A stretch of 64,000 nt of DNA from a virus. How positions within the stretch are numbered: position 1 is the first letter of the stretch; each line of letters begins with the position of its first letter. Positions 1 to 10,290 of this stretch are shown here, in pieces. A program made the position numbers and the translations under genes. The stretch lies in the IMG/VR virus record IMGVR_UViG_3300045988_177049, positions 32,001-96,000 of that record; one strand, given 5' to 3'. A model generated the notes under the pieces. The model made no database searches and was not told the origin of the DNA. It worked only from the letters and a program-made list of their open reading frames with translations.

Positions 1-2
1 TT

Positions 3-1802
3 ATCACCGCATACAAGCTCAGTGACATTCCTAAGCGACCGACGAATATTCCGTACTTTAGAAAAGATGGAACGCCGACATCGTGTTTCGCAACATTTTC
101 GACAGGCGGAATTCACGGAGCCGAAGCAAACCTGGCCCTTTTCGAGGACCACAATGCTGAGGCTCGTGCGCTGCAAGATCTCATTGACACCCTCATTGAC
201 ACTCTTAATGTCCGTGATCTACCCGAACCTGAGCAGGCTTTGGCGATCCGCAAGCAGATTCGCGTCACCCTGCCGAACGATCAGGTGATCCCATGGCAGC
301 AGGTCTTGATGACGAAGTCTTCGCCCAATCCTGAGCGAGGCGCGTTCTTCAAGCCTGTGCGCAACAAGGATCTCTTCGTCATGCGTAGCGACGGGTCAAA
401 CAAACTTGATCCCGCCTATGCGATGACATCGATCGCCAAGGCTGTTCACGAGGACTTCTCGTCGTACTACCCGCTCCTGCTCACCAACTTGTCCGCGTTC
501 TACAACGAGGCCCTGGGTGAGGACCGTTACGGTAAGCTCTACCAGGACAAGGAACGTTTCGGTCAGTTGATGAAGGATCCTTCGATCACGGCTGAGGAAC
601 GAGAGATGTTCGCGTCCAAGCGAAGCGGCGTCAAACTCTTGCTCAACAGTGCATCGGGCGCAGGTGATACCGAGTTCGAAGGTTCTCCCATCCGCATGAA
701 CAACATGATCATCTCTATGCGATTGATCGGACAGTTGTTCTCGTGGATGATCGGACAGGCTCAAACCCTTGAGGGGGCACGCATCATCTCGACGAACACC
801 GATGGTTTGTACTCAGCAGACATTGATCTGGAAACAAACAATCGCGTTCTCGATGAGCAATCTCAACGCATCCACGTCTTGATCGAACCCGAAGAACTTC
901 TTCTCGTCTCAAAGGACTCGAATAACCGAATCGAATTGTCCCTGCCACCCGCGCAGGCAGACGGCAGCGTTCGGCCCCAGGATGCGAAGATTCTCAGTGC
1001 ATCGGGATCCTCACTGGCGTGCTGGCGCAAGCCGTCTCCGACGAACTCACTGGCACATCCAGCTGCCCTTGATCGAGCGATGGCTGTGTACTTGCGTTCT
1101 ATTGCTGTCTCCGACCCAGATGCGATTAACCGCACCGTTGATCCATCTGTGGCCTACGACATCATGAAGGCAATTGCGCATCAGAAGGACTCGGTGGAAG
1201 CTCTGCTCTTGTTCCAAAACGTGATCGCAGCCTCTCCGAGTATGCTCACGTTCCACTACGCCTGTGATCCGATCCCCGAGGGAACTGATGACAGTGCACA
1301 GACTATAAGGAACCCCAGGGCGCTCCAGCACTACAACCGTGTGTTCGTGGTGAAACCCGGTACACCTGGAGCTGTCTCCTTGGGAGCAGCAGGAGCGTGG
1401 AAGGTCAGTGCAACAACCGCTGAGTCTCGCCAAAAGCGAGGCGATGCATCTGTCGTGCGCACCGATGCCGTAGCTAACGCGATCATGATCGCAAACGGCT
1501 ATGCTCCTGATGCTATGACGGCTCACCGCCTCGGCATTCAGTTGGCTCCATCGGATCAAGACATCACCACGCGTAAGATTACGGGTATTGAACCCTCGTG
1601 GCACATGCTCATCGTGAACCACGATCTCATGTGTCTGAGCGAGGATCAACGCCGCGCTCTCATTGATCAACTCGATCTTGAGACCTACGCGCAGATGTTT
1701 GCGCAGTCCTTCGAGTCCAATTGGATGAACAAGATTCCAGAAGCTGAGACCAGCGATACCGATACACAAGAATCGGACAACACAGAAAGGAGCGACTCAT
1801 GA
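3..1802 (+). CDS. DNA polymerase, family-B-like (N-terminus off window; frame stays open back to the window start)
   Basis: The reading frame of the 240..1802 ORF is open to position 3. The translation carries, in family-B order, a motif-A-like DPAYAMTSI, motif-B-like KLLLNSASGAG (Kx3NSxYG) and a motif-C-like ISTNTDGLY. It is divergent and motif C is atypical. Confidence 0.4.
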   Translation: MTAYKLSDIPKRPTNIPYFRKDGTPTSCFATFSTGGIHGAEANLALFEDHNAEARALQDLIDTLIDTLNVRDLPEPEQALAIRKQIRVTLPNDQVIPWQQVLMTKSSPNPERGAFFKPVRNKDLFVMRSDGSNKLDPAYAMTSIAKAVHEDFSSYYPLLLTNLSAFYNEALGEDRYGKLYQDKERFGQLMKDPSITAEEREMFASKRSGVKLLLNSASGAGDTEFEGSPIRMNNMIISMRLIGQLFSWMIGQAQTLEGARIISTNTDGLYSADIDLETNNRVLDEQSQRIHVLIEPEELLLVSKDSNNRIELSLPPAQADGSVRPQDAKILSASGSSLACWRKPSPTNSLAHPAALDRAMAVYLRSIAVSDPDAINRTVDPSVAYDIMKAIAHQKDSVEALLLFQNVIAASPSMLTFHYACDPIPEGTDDSAQTIRNPRALQHYNRVFVVKPGTPGAVSLGAAGAWKVSATTAESRQKRGDASVVRTDAVANAIMIANGYAPDAMTAHRLGIQLAPSDQDITTRKITGIEPSWHMLIVNHDLMCLSEDQRRALIDQLDLETYAQMFAQSFESNWMNKIPEAETSDTDTQESDNTERSDS

Positions 1803-2035
1803 CCGCCCACAAACAGATGCGCGTGAAGGGTCACACCCTCATCGCAGAAGGGAAGCCTTTCACCAAGTGGGCAGATCGGATCTACCCCGAAGTCGGACCA
1901 GATGACCAAACAACCATCACCGGACGAGCCATGTGCTCGTGCGGAGCGATGTCTGATCCTCTGCCATCTGACCGTGCTCGCATCCGTTGGCACACTGCCC
2001 ATAAACAGGAAGTAATCGCCAATGGGACGCCCTGA
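1799..2035 (+). CDS. hypothetical small protein
   Basis: ORF with a 4-nt overlap onto the upstream gene (operon-like coupling). No recognisable motif. Confidence 0.3.
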   Translation: MTAHKQMRVKGHTLIAEGKPFTKWADRIYPEVGPDDQTTITGRAMCSCGAMSDPLPSDRARIRWHTAHKQEVIANGTP

Positions 2036-2315
2036 GCACTACGTTGAGGGCTACCTCGTTGACGAGTGTCGACACCGGGGGTGGTGGACTGCAAAGTTCA
2101 CTTCCCCCGGTATGCGAGGGGTTCCCGATCAGATCATCGTCACACCGGAAAGAACCTGCTTCGTCGAAACAAAAAGCGACGTCGGCTCCGTGCGGCGTCA
2201 ACAAATCAGAGTCATCACACTAATGCGCCGCGCCGGAGCACACGTCTACGTCGCTCATACCAGAGAAGATGTAGACGCTATTATCGAAGAATTATCTACA
2301 TACAACCAGATTTGA
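2022..2315 (+). CDS. VRR-NUC domain nuclease (PD-(D/E)xK)
   Basis: GVPDQIIV...CFVETK matches the VRR-NUC PD...ExK core. The ~97 aa size is typical. Confidence 0.65.
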   Translation: MGRPEHYVEGYLVDECRHRGWWTAKFTSPGMRGVPDQIIVTPERTCFVETKSDVGSVRRQQIRVITLMRRAGAHVYVAHTREDVDAIIEELSTYNQI

Positions 2316-2324
2316 GGTTTTTAT

Positions 2325-2660
2325 ATGACTACCGAAACAACTCATGAATCAATCATTGATCACGATGTGATCGTCTTTTCTAAGCCCAATTGCGTGCAGT
2401 GCGATCAAACCAAGCGACTGCTTGCGCGCGGCGGCATCTCGTTCCACGAGGTGAACATTGAAGACATGTCAATCAGGCTCACCGACCAGGGCTACAAGAC
2501 TCCGTATGAGTTTTGCACAACCGTTCTCGAAGCTCAGGCTGCGCCTGTCGTCATGGCTCGCGTCAGCACAGTTTCCGACGATGACCCTGAGCCGCGCTAT
2601 TGCGACTACACGTTCTGGACGGGTTTTAGGCCCGATCGCATCAAGACGATTTCGCACTGA
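2325..2660 (+). CDS. NrdH/glutaredoxin-like redoxin
   Basis: N-terminal VIVFSKPNCVQCDQTKRLL has a CxxC thioredoxin-fold active site in the expected position. An RBS-like sequence lies upstream. Confidence 0.55.
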   Translation: MTTETTHESIIDHDVIVFSKPNCVQCDQTKRLLARGGISFHEVNIEDMSIRLTDQGYKTPYEFCTTVLEAQAAPVVMARVSTVSDDDPEPRYCDYTFWTGFRPDRIKTISH

Positions 2661-2676
2661 CTGATCGGACACGCAT

Positions 2677-3375
2677 ATGCATACACGTGGCCCGCTGTCA
2701 TACCAAGACGTAATCAACCGTAAAAAGCGCTTGTCCCGGTACAGCATGTTCGTGACCACCATCGACCAAGACCATAAGAACCTCTCGTTCTTTTGGCCGA
2801 ATGACCCTCTTGGCCGGGCGAACTTTACGTTTGAATGTCACCTTGCACCTTCGTCCATCACTGTGTATGGTGACCGCATTCAGACGGTAACTTTTCAATC
2901 GCAAACTGCTGACATCATGAACAGCGTCCTTATCCAGCCGAAACTCTCCTACAGTGAATGCGCGCAGTTCCTTGATATGTCTGAGCGCGAAAAGTTTGCA
3001 CTGATCTACCGATGGAACATGAAACAGTTCCTTCTCGATATCAAGCCAGCTGTGATGCGATGGGTACTTCTTAACGTCCCTGATAACATGTGGGAACCCA
3101 CCATCAAAGAGATGTTGACCCAAATTGCACACACGGTTTCTCCAGACAGAGAACAGCCACCGTTCACACAACTGTTGGACATGTTCTTTGTTATCGGAGA
3201 CATGGCCGTTCAAGGTTCGACAATTGTTTGTCCCGAGGATCAACCGCCTTTGAACATCTCACCTGAGTGGATGTGGACTTGCACAGCTCTTCGCCACGCC
3301 GCGAAGATGTATGTTCGTCACAACAATTCGCTGACCAAACAGGAGAAACGAGAGTTGAGACGTCCTCGAAAGTGA
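2677..3375 (+). CDS. hypothetical protein
   Basis: 232-aa ORF followed by a strong hairpin terminator. No motif recognised. Confidence 0.4.
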   Translation: MHTRGPLSYQDVINRKKRLSRYSMFVTTIDQDHKNLSFFWPNDPLGRANFTFECHLAPSSITVYGDRIQTVTFQSQTADIMNSVLIQPKLSYSECAQFLDMSEREKFALIYRWNMKQFLLDIKPAVMRWVLLNVPDNMWEPTIKEMLTQIAHTVSPDREQPPFTQLLDMFFVIGDMAVQGSTIVCPEDQPPLNISPEWMWTCTALRHAAKMYVRHNNSLTKQEKRELRRPRK

Positions 3376-3397
3376 TGCAAACAGGCGATCCAAAAAA

Positions 3398-3440
3398 GTA
3401 TCACCCCGGCGTGCGAGCGAAAGGGGAGCCGGGGTGATAC
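3398..3440 (+). terminator. rho-independent-type hairpin
   Basis: Inverted repeat gtatcaccccggc / gccggggtgatac immediately after the CDS stop. Confidence 0.55.
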
Positions 3441-3580
3441 CTGGAGTATCAGCAAATGAACTGAAAGGAGAGAAGATTACAGGAGAAAAGAGCAAGGTAA
3501 AAACCTGAAACCTTCAATACCTATACTACCACACGCTATATCAAACGCACGACCACCCCAACGAAAGGAGGTCACCATCC

Positions 3581-5152
3581 ATGGCTTTCCCCACCCTCAT
3601 GGATCAGCAAGCCGCAGCCTCTCAGTTCATACAAACGAGACCCTATGCAGGCGTCTTTCTTGACATGTCAGGTGGCAAGTCACTCGCAACGCTTCATGCC
3701 TTGACGCGGATTGGCCCACGTGGTCATACACTGATCATTGCGCCGATCAAGATCGCCAGACTCTCATGGATCTCCGAGATCGAAAAATGGGGCGTTCCAG
3801 TCCGAGCACGCTCGTTGATCGTCGATGAGAAGGATCATCAACTCTCACGTAAGCAACGCTTAAAGCGTTACGCCGAGGTCTTGGATCCAGCCACCCCACC
3901 AACGTTGTGGTTCATTAACCAAGAACTCGTCTATGATCTCGTCACCTGGCTCCCGCCTCTTGATCCACGTGATCGCAAGAAGATTCCGACTCCAATCTGG
4001 CCGTTCCCAACGGTCATTATCGACGAGTCGCAGGGCTTCAAAAACCCCACGTCACGGCGGTTTAAGGCCATTCGCGCGGTACGCTCTCAGATCTCACGAA
4101 TGATCCTTCTCTCGGGCACCCCTGCTCCTAACGGTCTTGAAGACCTGTGGTCGCAGGTCTATCTGCTCGACCAAGGTCTTTCTCTTGGCTCATCGCTCAC
4201 TAACTACCGCGAGGCGTTCTTCCAATCGAACCGGCGTTTAGCAAATGGAACTCCGGTCGATTGGCAACCGCGCCCTGGTGCAAAGGAGGCGATCTACTCT
4301 CGCATCGACCATCTGGTGATGAGTGCACCGACCGTTGCACGTAAGCCCATTCCACCCATGAAGATCCACAATCTCATGGTTGACATGGATGCTGACGCGC
4401 GCGAGGCATACAAGACTCTGGCTCGAACCCTCGTTCTTGATATCGCTCAAGTTTCAGGTGTTGATCCACACGATGATCCAACGCTCAGTTCTGTCTCGGC
4501 GACCAATAAAGCGGTTCTGAGAACAAAACTCGTTCAACTTGCCTCTGGAACCATTTACCTCGATGAAAACGAGGACATGGAAACCGAGGAAGAGCTAGAT
4601 GAGTTCGGTATCCATTTGGACGTATCCATGCTTCCAGCTGCATCGCAATCGCTCACCGCCTATAACGGACGACAATACGCGATTGTTCACAGCGCAAAGC
4701 TCTTTGCCTTGCTCGATGTCATCACCCAGCAAACAAGTCCCGTCTTGGTGGCGTACTACTTCACATGCGATCGTGACATCATCTGGGCTTACCTCACAGC
4801 TCATGGCTACGATACTCGCGTCTTTGATGGTACCCGTGACATGTATGAGGCATGGAACCGGGGAGAAATCCCCGTCATGCTCATCCACCCAGCATCCGCT
4901 GGACACGGACTCAACCTTCAAGACGGCGGGCATACCTTGATCTGGTACACACTGCCATCGTCATTGGAACACTACATGCAAACGAACAAGCGCTTGCATC
5001 GAGTGGGCCAGAAACACCCAGTGGACATCTACCAGATTCTCACGCGCAAAACCATTGATGAGAAACTGCCAACAGCTCTTGGAAAGAAGGAGCAATTACA
5101 ACAGTCTCTCATCGACGCCGTGGAGAAAACTGTCGATGACATCATGTCATAA
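3581..5152 (+). CDS. SNF2/RAD54-family helicase
   Basis: DESQGFKN (DExx box), LLSGTPAPNGLEDLWSQVYLL (SNF2 motif) and a helicase-C region HPASAGHGLNLQDGGHTLIWY...RLHRVGQKHPVDIYQIL. Confidence 0.8.
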   Translation: MAFPTLMDQQAAASQFIQTRPYAGVFLDMSGGKSLATLHALTRIGPRGHTLIIAPIKIARLSWISEIEKWGVPVRARSLIVDEKDHQLSRKQRLKRYAEVLDPATPPTLWFINQELVYDLVTWLPPLDPRDRKKIPTPIWPFPTVIIDESQGFKNPTSRRFKAIRAVRSQISRMILLSGTPAPNGLEDLWSQVYLLDQGLSLGSSLTNYREAFFQSNRRLANGTPVDWQPRPGAKEAIYSRIDHLVMSAPTVARKPIPPMKIHNLMVDMDADAREAYKTLARTLVLDIAQVSGVDPHDDPTLSSVSATNKAVLRTKLVQLASGTIYLDENEDMETEEELDEFGIHLDVSMLPAASQSLTAYNGRQYAIVHSAKLFALLDVITQQTSPVLVAYYFTCDRDIIWAYLTAHGYDTRVFDGTRDMYEAWNRGEIPVMLIHPASAGHGLNLQDGGHTLIWYTLPSSLEHYMQTNKRLHRVGQKHPVDIYQILTRKTIDEKLPTALGKKEQLQQSLIDAVEKTVDDIMS

Positions 5153-5172
5153 CGCACCATGCAATACACATA

Positions 5173-5206
5173 CGTAACGGCCCGGATAAAAACCCGGGCC
5201 GTTACG
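5173..5206 (+). terminator. hairpin terminator
   Basis: cgtaacggcccgg-ataaaaa-cccgggccgttacg immediately after the SNF2 gene. Confidence 0.55.
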
Positions 5207-5244
5207 CGTAGTTATCAACTAGTTAAGGAGCAGAAAAGATCCTT

Positions 5245-6582
5245 ATGGAATATACTACACCACTACTCAAACAACCGCTACCTGTGCGCGTACGGCCAAC
5301 AACCCTTGATGAGGTCATTGGTCAAGACGCAGCTGTGGGTGAAGGCTCAATCATCCGCCACATGCTTGATGCATCTGCTCCACCCATGAGCGTCATCATG
5401 TACGCTCCCCCAGCAAGCGGGAAAACTACGATCGCTCGCATCATGGCTCATACAGCCGGAATTCGCTTCGTTGAACTCTCGGCAACATCGGCTAAGGTGG
5501 CTGACGTTCGCCAAACCCTCGCTGATGCCCAAAAGCATCTCCATGATGACAGCGTTCCAACGATCGTCTTTATCGACGAGATCCATCGTTTCTCTAAATC
5601 CCAGCAAGATGTTCTCTTGCCGGGAGTGGAACAAGGGGTCATTCGATTGGTAGGTGCCACCACTGAAAATCCTAGCTTCTCTGTCAACAGCGCATTGCTC
5701 TCTCGATGTGTCATCGTTTCGCTCAGCACACTAACAGAAGACGATATCTACGCTATTCTCCAGCGAGCGATCAGCCACCCAGACGGCTTACCTTGCTGTA
5801 CACCGGGCGTTGACATCCCAGATGACGTTCTCCGCGTCATCGCTATGAACGCATCAGGTGATGCTCGCCAGGCCCTCACCCTACTTGAAGCCCTCGATAC
5901 AGCCCGAGGTGACCAGATCGCAACACTCGACATGCTCACCTCTTTGGCACCTCACGCGATCCAACGCTATGACCGCGATGGAGACCAGCACTACAACATC
6001 GTCTCGGCCTTCATTAAGTCTATGAGGGGATCCGACCCCGATGCAACGCTCTATTGGCTCGCCAGACTCATTGAAGGCGGCGAAGACCCGCGATTCATCG
6101 CACGGCGCATCGTCATCCACGCAGCTGAGGACGTAGGTCTTGCTGATCCCTCGGTGCTCCCTCTGGCTGTCGCAGCACAACAATGCGTTGCACTGATTGG
6201 TATGCCAGAAGCTCGCATTCCACTTGCTGAGGCGGCGCTTGCCGTCGCAACCGCACCGAAATCAAACGCGACATATCTCGCAATTGATCGAGCGATCGAG
6301 CTTGTGCGAACCACAGGCTCATTGCCTGTACCCAAGCATTTGGCTGATGCTCACTACCAGGACGCTGAGAAGCTATACGGTAACGGTGTGAACTACAAGT
6401 ACCCGCACGACTACCCCCACCACGTCGTGCACCAAGAGTATTTCCCTGATGCACTCTGTGATACACAGCGCAGACCCCGCATCTACCATATCGCTAAGCC
6501 AGCTAGTGGACATGAGCAGATCATCGCTAAACGGCTTCAAGCTATTGATGACCTCATCAATGCAACCGATGATGCCCTGTAA
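5245..6582 (+). CDS. rarA: replication-associated recombination protein A (AAA+ ATPase, MgsA/WRNIP1 family)
   Basis: RPTTLDEVIGQ, Walker A APPASGKTT, VFIDEIHRFSKSQQDVLLP, and the C-terminal RarA-specific region HYQDAEKLYGNGVNYKYPHDYPHHVVHQEYFPD. Confidence 0.85.
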   Translation: MEYTTPLLKQPLPVRVRPTTLDEVIGQDAAVGEGSIIRHMLDASAPPMSVIMYAPPASGKTTIARIMAHTAGIRFVELSATSAKVADVRQTLADAQKHLHDDSVPTIVFIDEIHRFSKSQQDVLLPGVEQGVIRLVGATTENPSFSVNSALLSRCVIVSLSTLTEDDIYAILQRAISHPDGLPCCTPGVDIPDDVLRVIAMNASGDARQALTLLEALDTARGDQIATLDMLTSLAPHAIQRYDRDGDQHYNIVSAFIKSMRGSDPDATLYWLARLIEGGEDPRFIARRIVIHAAEDVGLADPSVLPLAVAAQQCVALIGMPEARIPLAEAALAVATAPKSNATYLAIDRAIELVRTTGSLPVPKHLADAHYQDAEKLYGNGVNYKYPHDYPHHVVHQEYFPDALCDTQRRPRIYHIAKPASGHEQIIAKRLQAIDDLINATDDAL

Positions 6583-6588
6583 ATAGCA

Positions 6589-6619
6589 ATCAGCACCCGG
6601 CTTATCGCCAGGTGCTGAT
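6589..6619. terminator. bidirectional hairpin between convergent genes
   Basis: atcagcacc-(13 nt)-ggtgctgat lies between rarA (+) and the LysM gene (-). Confidence 0.5.
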
Positions 6620-6636
6620 CGTGTTGTCCAACGTGT

Positions 6637-7125
6637 TTATGGCTGAGGAATCACGAGCGCAGAGCCTCGATAAATGAGGTGAACGTTACGAATACCATTA
6701 GCCTCAGCAAGACGGTCAACGCTCACTCCTGTTGCAGCAGAAATGCTCGACAGGGTGTCTCCATTCTGTACGACATACACCTGTTGCTCAGGCGTAGGCG
6801 CAGCAGAAGGAGACGGGGTTGGTTCTGTCTTCGTCACATGTGTCTCCACATGTGACGGAGCAGAACTAGGTTGTTTCGACGGTGTTACCACCGTATGTCC
6901 ATTTCCGGGGGCGCTATCGCGTCCCGAGGGTGACCCAGAAGAAACCTGGTGCCCCACCTCGCTCCCGTGAGGTGAGGATGTTGATGCATAGTGGGGTGCA
7001 AAATAACCCCACAGCATCATCGAGGCAACAAAGACACATGAACCGATAGCCCCTAATAGTGCAAAAATGCTATTAGGGTTGTCCTCAAAGTCTTTGTCTA
7101 TTTTCTTCTCTTGTCCACCTAGCAT
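6637..7125 (-). CDS. LysM domain membrane-anchored protein
   Basis: C-terminal YVVQNGDTLSSISAATGVSVDRLAEANGI...IPQP is a LysM motif. There is an N-terminal TM helix and a Ser/Pro/Thr-rich linker. An RBS (gaaaggaagg) precedes the internal Met at 7125. Confidence 0.65.
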   Translation of the reverse strand: MLGGQEKKIDKDFEDNPNSIFALLGAIGSCVFVASMMLWGYFAPHYASTSSPHGSEVGHQVSSGSPSGRDSAPGNGHTVVTPSKQPSSAPSHVETHVTKTEPTPSPSAAPTPEQQVYVVQNGDTLSSISAATGVSVDRLAEANGIRNVHLIYRGSALVIPQP

Positions 7126-7274
7126 CGTCGCCTTCCTTTCTTCCCAAAACGTATATGAAATTCCACCACATATTAGTATACACATACCGGAAGAAAGGGA
7201 GGTGGATTATACTGGTAACACAGGATAATCCATATCCGTACCCACACATAACATATGAAAAGGAGGCCACTATT

Positions 7275-8225
7275 ATGGCTCACACTCCACGTCAAATTTC
7301 CGCATCTCAGATCCGTCCTGGAGCAACCATCATTCTCCGAGGCCAGATCAAGTATGCGCGTGTTCGCTCCCTCTTGGGGCCTGCCGACATCGAAAAGCTC
7401 AACCGGGCACGTACCAAGTCCGAACCTCTTGATGTCAACAAGCCGATCACCCGTCTTGCACTCCATCACGCTGAGGTCGTTCCCCAGGATCCGAGTGGTC
7501 ATATGACCCCCGAAGAATACTACGTCTGGGAGCGTATGTTCGAAACCGAGAATAAGCCCGAACTTGGTCGTCGCTGGAACATCGACAACAAGGGAACCGT
7601 TCTCCCGGTTCTGCTCAAGACTGTCGATGGCACTGCACGCCAGATCACCGATGACGAGATCCCGGCTTCGCCGACCTCGCTGCCCACCGAACCTGAGCGT
7701 GATCAGCTGGTCACCGTTGTCCTCAACGTCTATGACACCAAGCGAGTCAACAAGGGTATTGGCATCCAAGCGATCATCTTCAATGAAGAGCCTCGTTGGT
7801 ACACCGGATCGTCCTCGGTCAATAACACCGCTCTTGCGGCTTTGGGTATTACCCTGTCTGGCCCCATCGTCGCTCACAGTGGCGTTGTCGCAAACGAGCT
7901 TGAAACCGCTGCTCCTGCTCCGGTTGCACCCGTTGCACCGGCTGTTCCCGCCGTTCCTGCTGTTCCGCAGGCAGCGCCTCAGAACACCGTGGTTGACGCA
8001 GCTTCCGGTTTGGCGATGCCCGCACCTGTCACCCAGCCTGTTGCACCTGTTCCTGCCGCTCAGATTGCAGCGCTTGATCCCCAGGCGCTCCAGGCTCTGA
8101 ACCCGCAGGCTCTCCAGATCCTGAACGCGATTACTCAGCAGCAGTCTGGTTCGGCTTTCACCGCACCTGCTGCCCCGGCTGCTTCTGCTGAGGAAGCGGC
8201 TTCTTCCCCGTGGTCTATTGACTGA
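7275..8225 (+). CDS. hypothetical protein with Pro/Ala/Val-rich repetitive C-terminus (possible phage-type ssDNA-binding protein)
   Basis: aaaggagg RBS sits 6 nt upstream of the ATG at 7275. The N-terminal ~200 aa are globular, then PAV repeats (VAPVAPAVPAVPAVP) and QALQALNPQALQ repeats follow. The SSB-like call is weak. Confidence 0.45.
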   Translation: MAHTPRQISASQIRPGATIILRGQIKYARVRSLLGPADIEKLNRARTKSEPLDVNKPITRLALHHAEVVPQDPSGHMTPEEYYVWERMFETENKPELGRRWNIDNKGTVLPVLLKTVDGTARQITDDEIPASPTSLPTEPERDQLVTVVLNVYDTKRVNKGIGIQAIIFNEEPRWYTGSSSVNNTALAALGITLSGPIVAHSGVVANELETAAPAPVAPVAPAVPAVPAVPQAAPQNTVVDAASGLAMPAPVTQPVAPVPAAQIAALDPQALQALNPQALQILNAITQQQSGSAFTAPAAPAASAEEAASSPWSID

Positions 8226-8251
8226 CAGTAGTCAATAACCTCTGACCCATA

Positions 8252-8316
8252 AACGAGACGGACGTTGTCACCGCACTGAACGCATCAGTGGATGCCGCGT
8301 CCGTCTCGTTTTTATG
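8252..8316 (+). terminator. hairpin terminator
   Basis: aacgagacggacg ... cgtccgtctcgtt followed by ttttat. Confidence 0.5.
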
Positions 8317-8345
8317 CTTAAACACCACCACGAAAGGATCTCCAT

Positions 8346-9356
8346 ATGACGATCTCTTTTGATCCACGGTTAGCCTTTCCGCACTTTTACACCAATGAGA
8401 TCATCACCAAGGTTCTTGGCCCGATGCCCATTTGGACCGTATCAAACCCAACGTCAAAAATACCCATTGACATCCGTCATTTATTGGATGGTTGCAACGG
8501 GTGTACCCACCCCGAGCCTGTTCGTGGTGCATGGGCACGTGATGAGCGCGTTCTTGTGACTCTCGACGAGTTAACGAACGGTCTACCAACAGCAGCCAAC
8601 TGTGCCATGTTCATCGACGCACCTTCACAAGGATGCGTCGTTCTCGATATCGAGAAAACATGCCCGCCTGACGAGCGTGATCGTCTTCTTGCTATTGGTG
8701 CTCTCTACGCTGAAACCTCACTATCGGGCAAAGGTTATCACCTCGTGTTGCCTCTCCCCTCGTCGTTTCCTGAGCTATCAATTGCCGCAAACAAGGCCGT
8801 TCTCAAAGGCCCGCACGGGTGGTGGGAGATTCTTCAAAGCAATCACTTTGTGACCTACACACGTAATCCGACTCCTGTGCCCGTCTCGTCTACCGTTGAC
8901 ACCGAATTATGGGATCAAGTCTGGCGAAGCGTCGCTGAACCGGTCAACAGCAAGCCTGTAGCCGCTCGCGCAGCAAACCTTGACGAAAACACTCGACCGG
9001 GTCACGAGTGGTACGACGTTGTTTTGCTCATGCTCATTCAACGCTGCCGCTTCTTTGGACGCACCCCTGAACGCTTCGATAATGATCATTCCCGTTATGA
9101 ATGGGCTTATGCGCAATACATCTACGATAAGCTCAATCAGCTTCGTCTCAGTCCAGATTCCATCGACGTGTCTCCTGACAAATCTCTTGCCATGAACACC
9201 ATTGTCATTGACGAGACAACGGCGACGTGGTTGGTCTACGACACATTGACACACTATCTCGACCATCGCGCAAAGCACGATGAAACCCGCGAGGGTATGC
9301 CCTTGCTTCTGAACCTTGCGTCTCGTGTGGTGCTCACGCGAGAAGCGGGCGAATAA
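8346..9356 (+). CDS. primase-polymerase (PrimPol/AEP-like) domain protein
   Basis: VVLDIEK (acidic DxD/E motif) and SGKGYHLVLPLP (sGxGYH motif) in the N-terminal half resemble the bifunctional primase/polymerase N-terminal domain. Confidence 0.5.
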   Translation: MTISFDPRLAFPHFYTNEIITKVLGPMPIWTVSNPTSKIPIDIRHLLDGCNGCTHPEPVRGAWARDERVLVTLDELTNGLPTAANCAMFIDAPSQGCVVLDIEKTCPPDERDRLLAIGALYAETSLSGKGYHLVLPLPSSFPELSIAANKAVLKGPHGWWEILQSNHFVTYTRNPTPVPVSSTVDTELWDQVWRSVAEPVNSKPVAARAANLDENTRPGHEWYDVVLLMLIQRCRFFGRTPERFDNDHSRYEWAYAQYIYDKLNQLRLSPDSIDVSPDKSLAMNTIVIDETTATWLVYDTLTHYLDHRAKHDETREGMPLLLNLASRVVLTREAGE

Positions 9357-9387
9357 TCCCACCGATACCTACGAAAAGAGGCCAGCA

Positions 9388-9654
9388 ATGACCAAAACCC
9401 CGCGTTCATACGTCATCGACGTAGACGGCATCACGTCATGCTACCCGATTATTTTCACTGACGATACCCCACTGTTTGCCTCATTTGGCACCGTCATCAC
9501 CGTTGACGAGATTGAGCATATGCGTACTCAAGATGGCTGGATTGATGCATGGGGCGGGAGGCTTACGAACGAGGAAATGAAGGAATACCTCATCGACCAA
9601 CTCTCTGAGAACCGTGTCCGTGTCGTTTATAACCCCTATCGCACGCGCGTTTAA
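9388..9654 (+). CDS. hypothetical protein
   Basis: ORF with an RBS-like sequence upstream of the ATG at 9388. Confidence 0.4.
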   Translation: MTKTPRSYVIDVDGITSCYPIIFTDDTPLFASFGTVITVDEIEHMRTQDGWIDAWGGRLTNEEMKEYLIDQLSENRVRVVYNPYRTRV

Positions 9655-9673
9655 TCCACAGAAAGGACATCCC

Positions 9674-10270
9674 ATGTTACTCTCCGAGCGACCCAATAAG
9701 ACGTACATCGTTGTTGTCGAACGATACAACTCAAAGTTGGGAATTGACGAAACCAGCAGTTACACCATCGAAGCACCAACACTAGCCGAAGCGGTTATTT
9801 ACAGCGAGCCGGTTCTTCAAGGCGAGCGTATGCGAGGTAAAAACCCCGCGCGCATTCTCTCCATCCATGAGACCAAGCCTTACCCGAAGAGCTTCATGAG
9901 AGCTACCCAGGCTACCATGATTGACGTGCTCAAAGACCTTGCGATCACTCGCCCCGAAGTCATCAATGAGATCGACGAGATGTGCGAAACATTTAAGTCG
10001 TACAATGACGGCCTCAGTTTTGACGAGCAAGTACGAGACGCGGGTCATCTTCTCCTGCTTATCCCTGGGTTGGATGACGTGTACGTCGACGTTTTCAGCG
10101 ATGAAGATTATGTAGAAGTGCTCCACGATGTTCGCTCCCTTGGGAGCAATGTTGCACTTTCCACTACATGTGGCCTTCGAAACATCACATACGATCGAAA
10201 CGCAAGCGGAGCCGAGGGTCTCGCCGCACTCATGTGCGGCATTCGAGACAAGATGGAAGAAATTGCCTAA
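9674..10270 (+). CDS. hypothetical protein
   Basis: gaaagga RBS upstream of the ATG at 9674. A terminator hairpin follows. Confidence 0.45.
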   Translation: MLLSERPNKTYIVVVERYNSKLGIDETSSYTIEAPTLAEAVIYSEPVLQGERMRGKNPARILSIHETKPYPKSFMRATQATMIDVLKDLAITRPEVINEIDEMCETFKSYNDGLSFDEQVRDAGHLLLLIPGLDDVYVDVFSDEDYVEVLHDVRSLGSNVALSTTCGLRNITYDRNASGAEGLAALMCGIRDKMEEIA

Positions 10271-10290
10271 CGCACTTGCGTAAAAGGAAA

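Noticed and set aside
1047-1769. 240-aa minus-strand ORF
   Set aside because: It is antisense to the PolB-like ORF, whose frame is open to the window start.
7915-8110. Short tandem nucleotide repeats (gttgcaccg / gttcc(t/c)gc..) considered as a possible CRISPR or VNTR
   Set aside because: They lie in frame inside a CDS and encode PAV/QAL peptide repeats. There is no spacer-repeat architecture. The DNA is simply coding for a low-complexity protein region.
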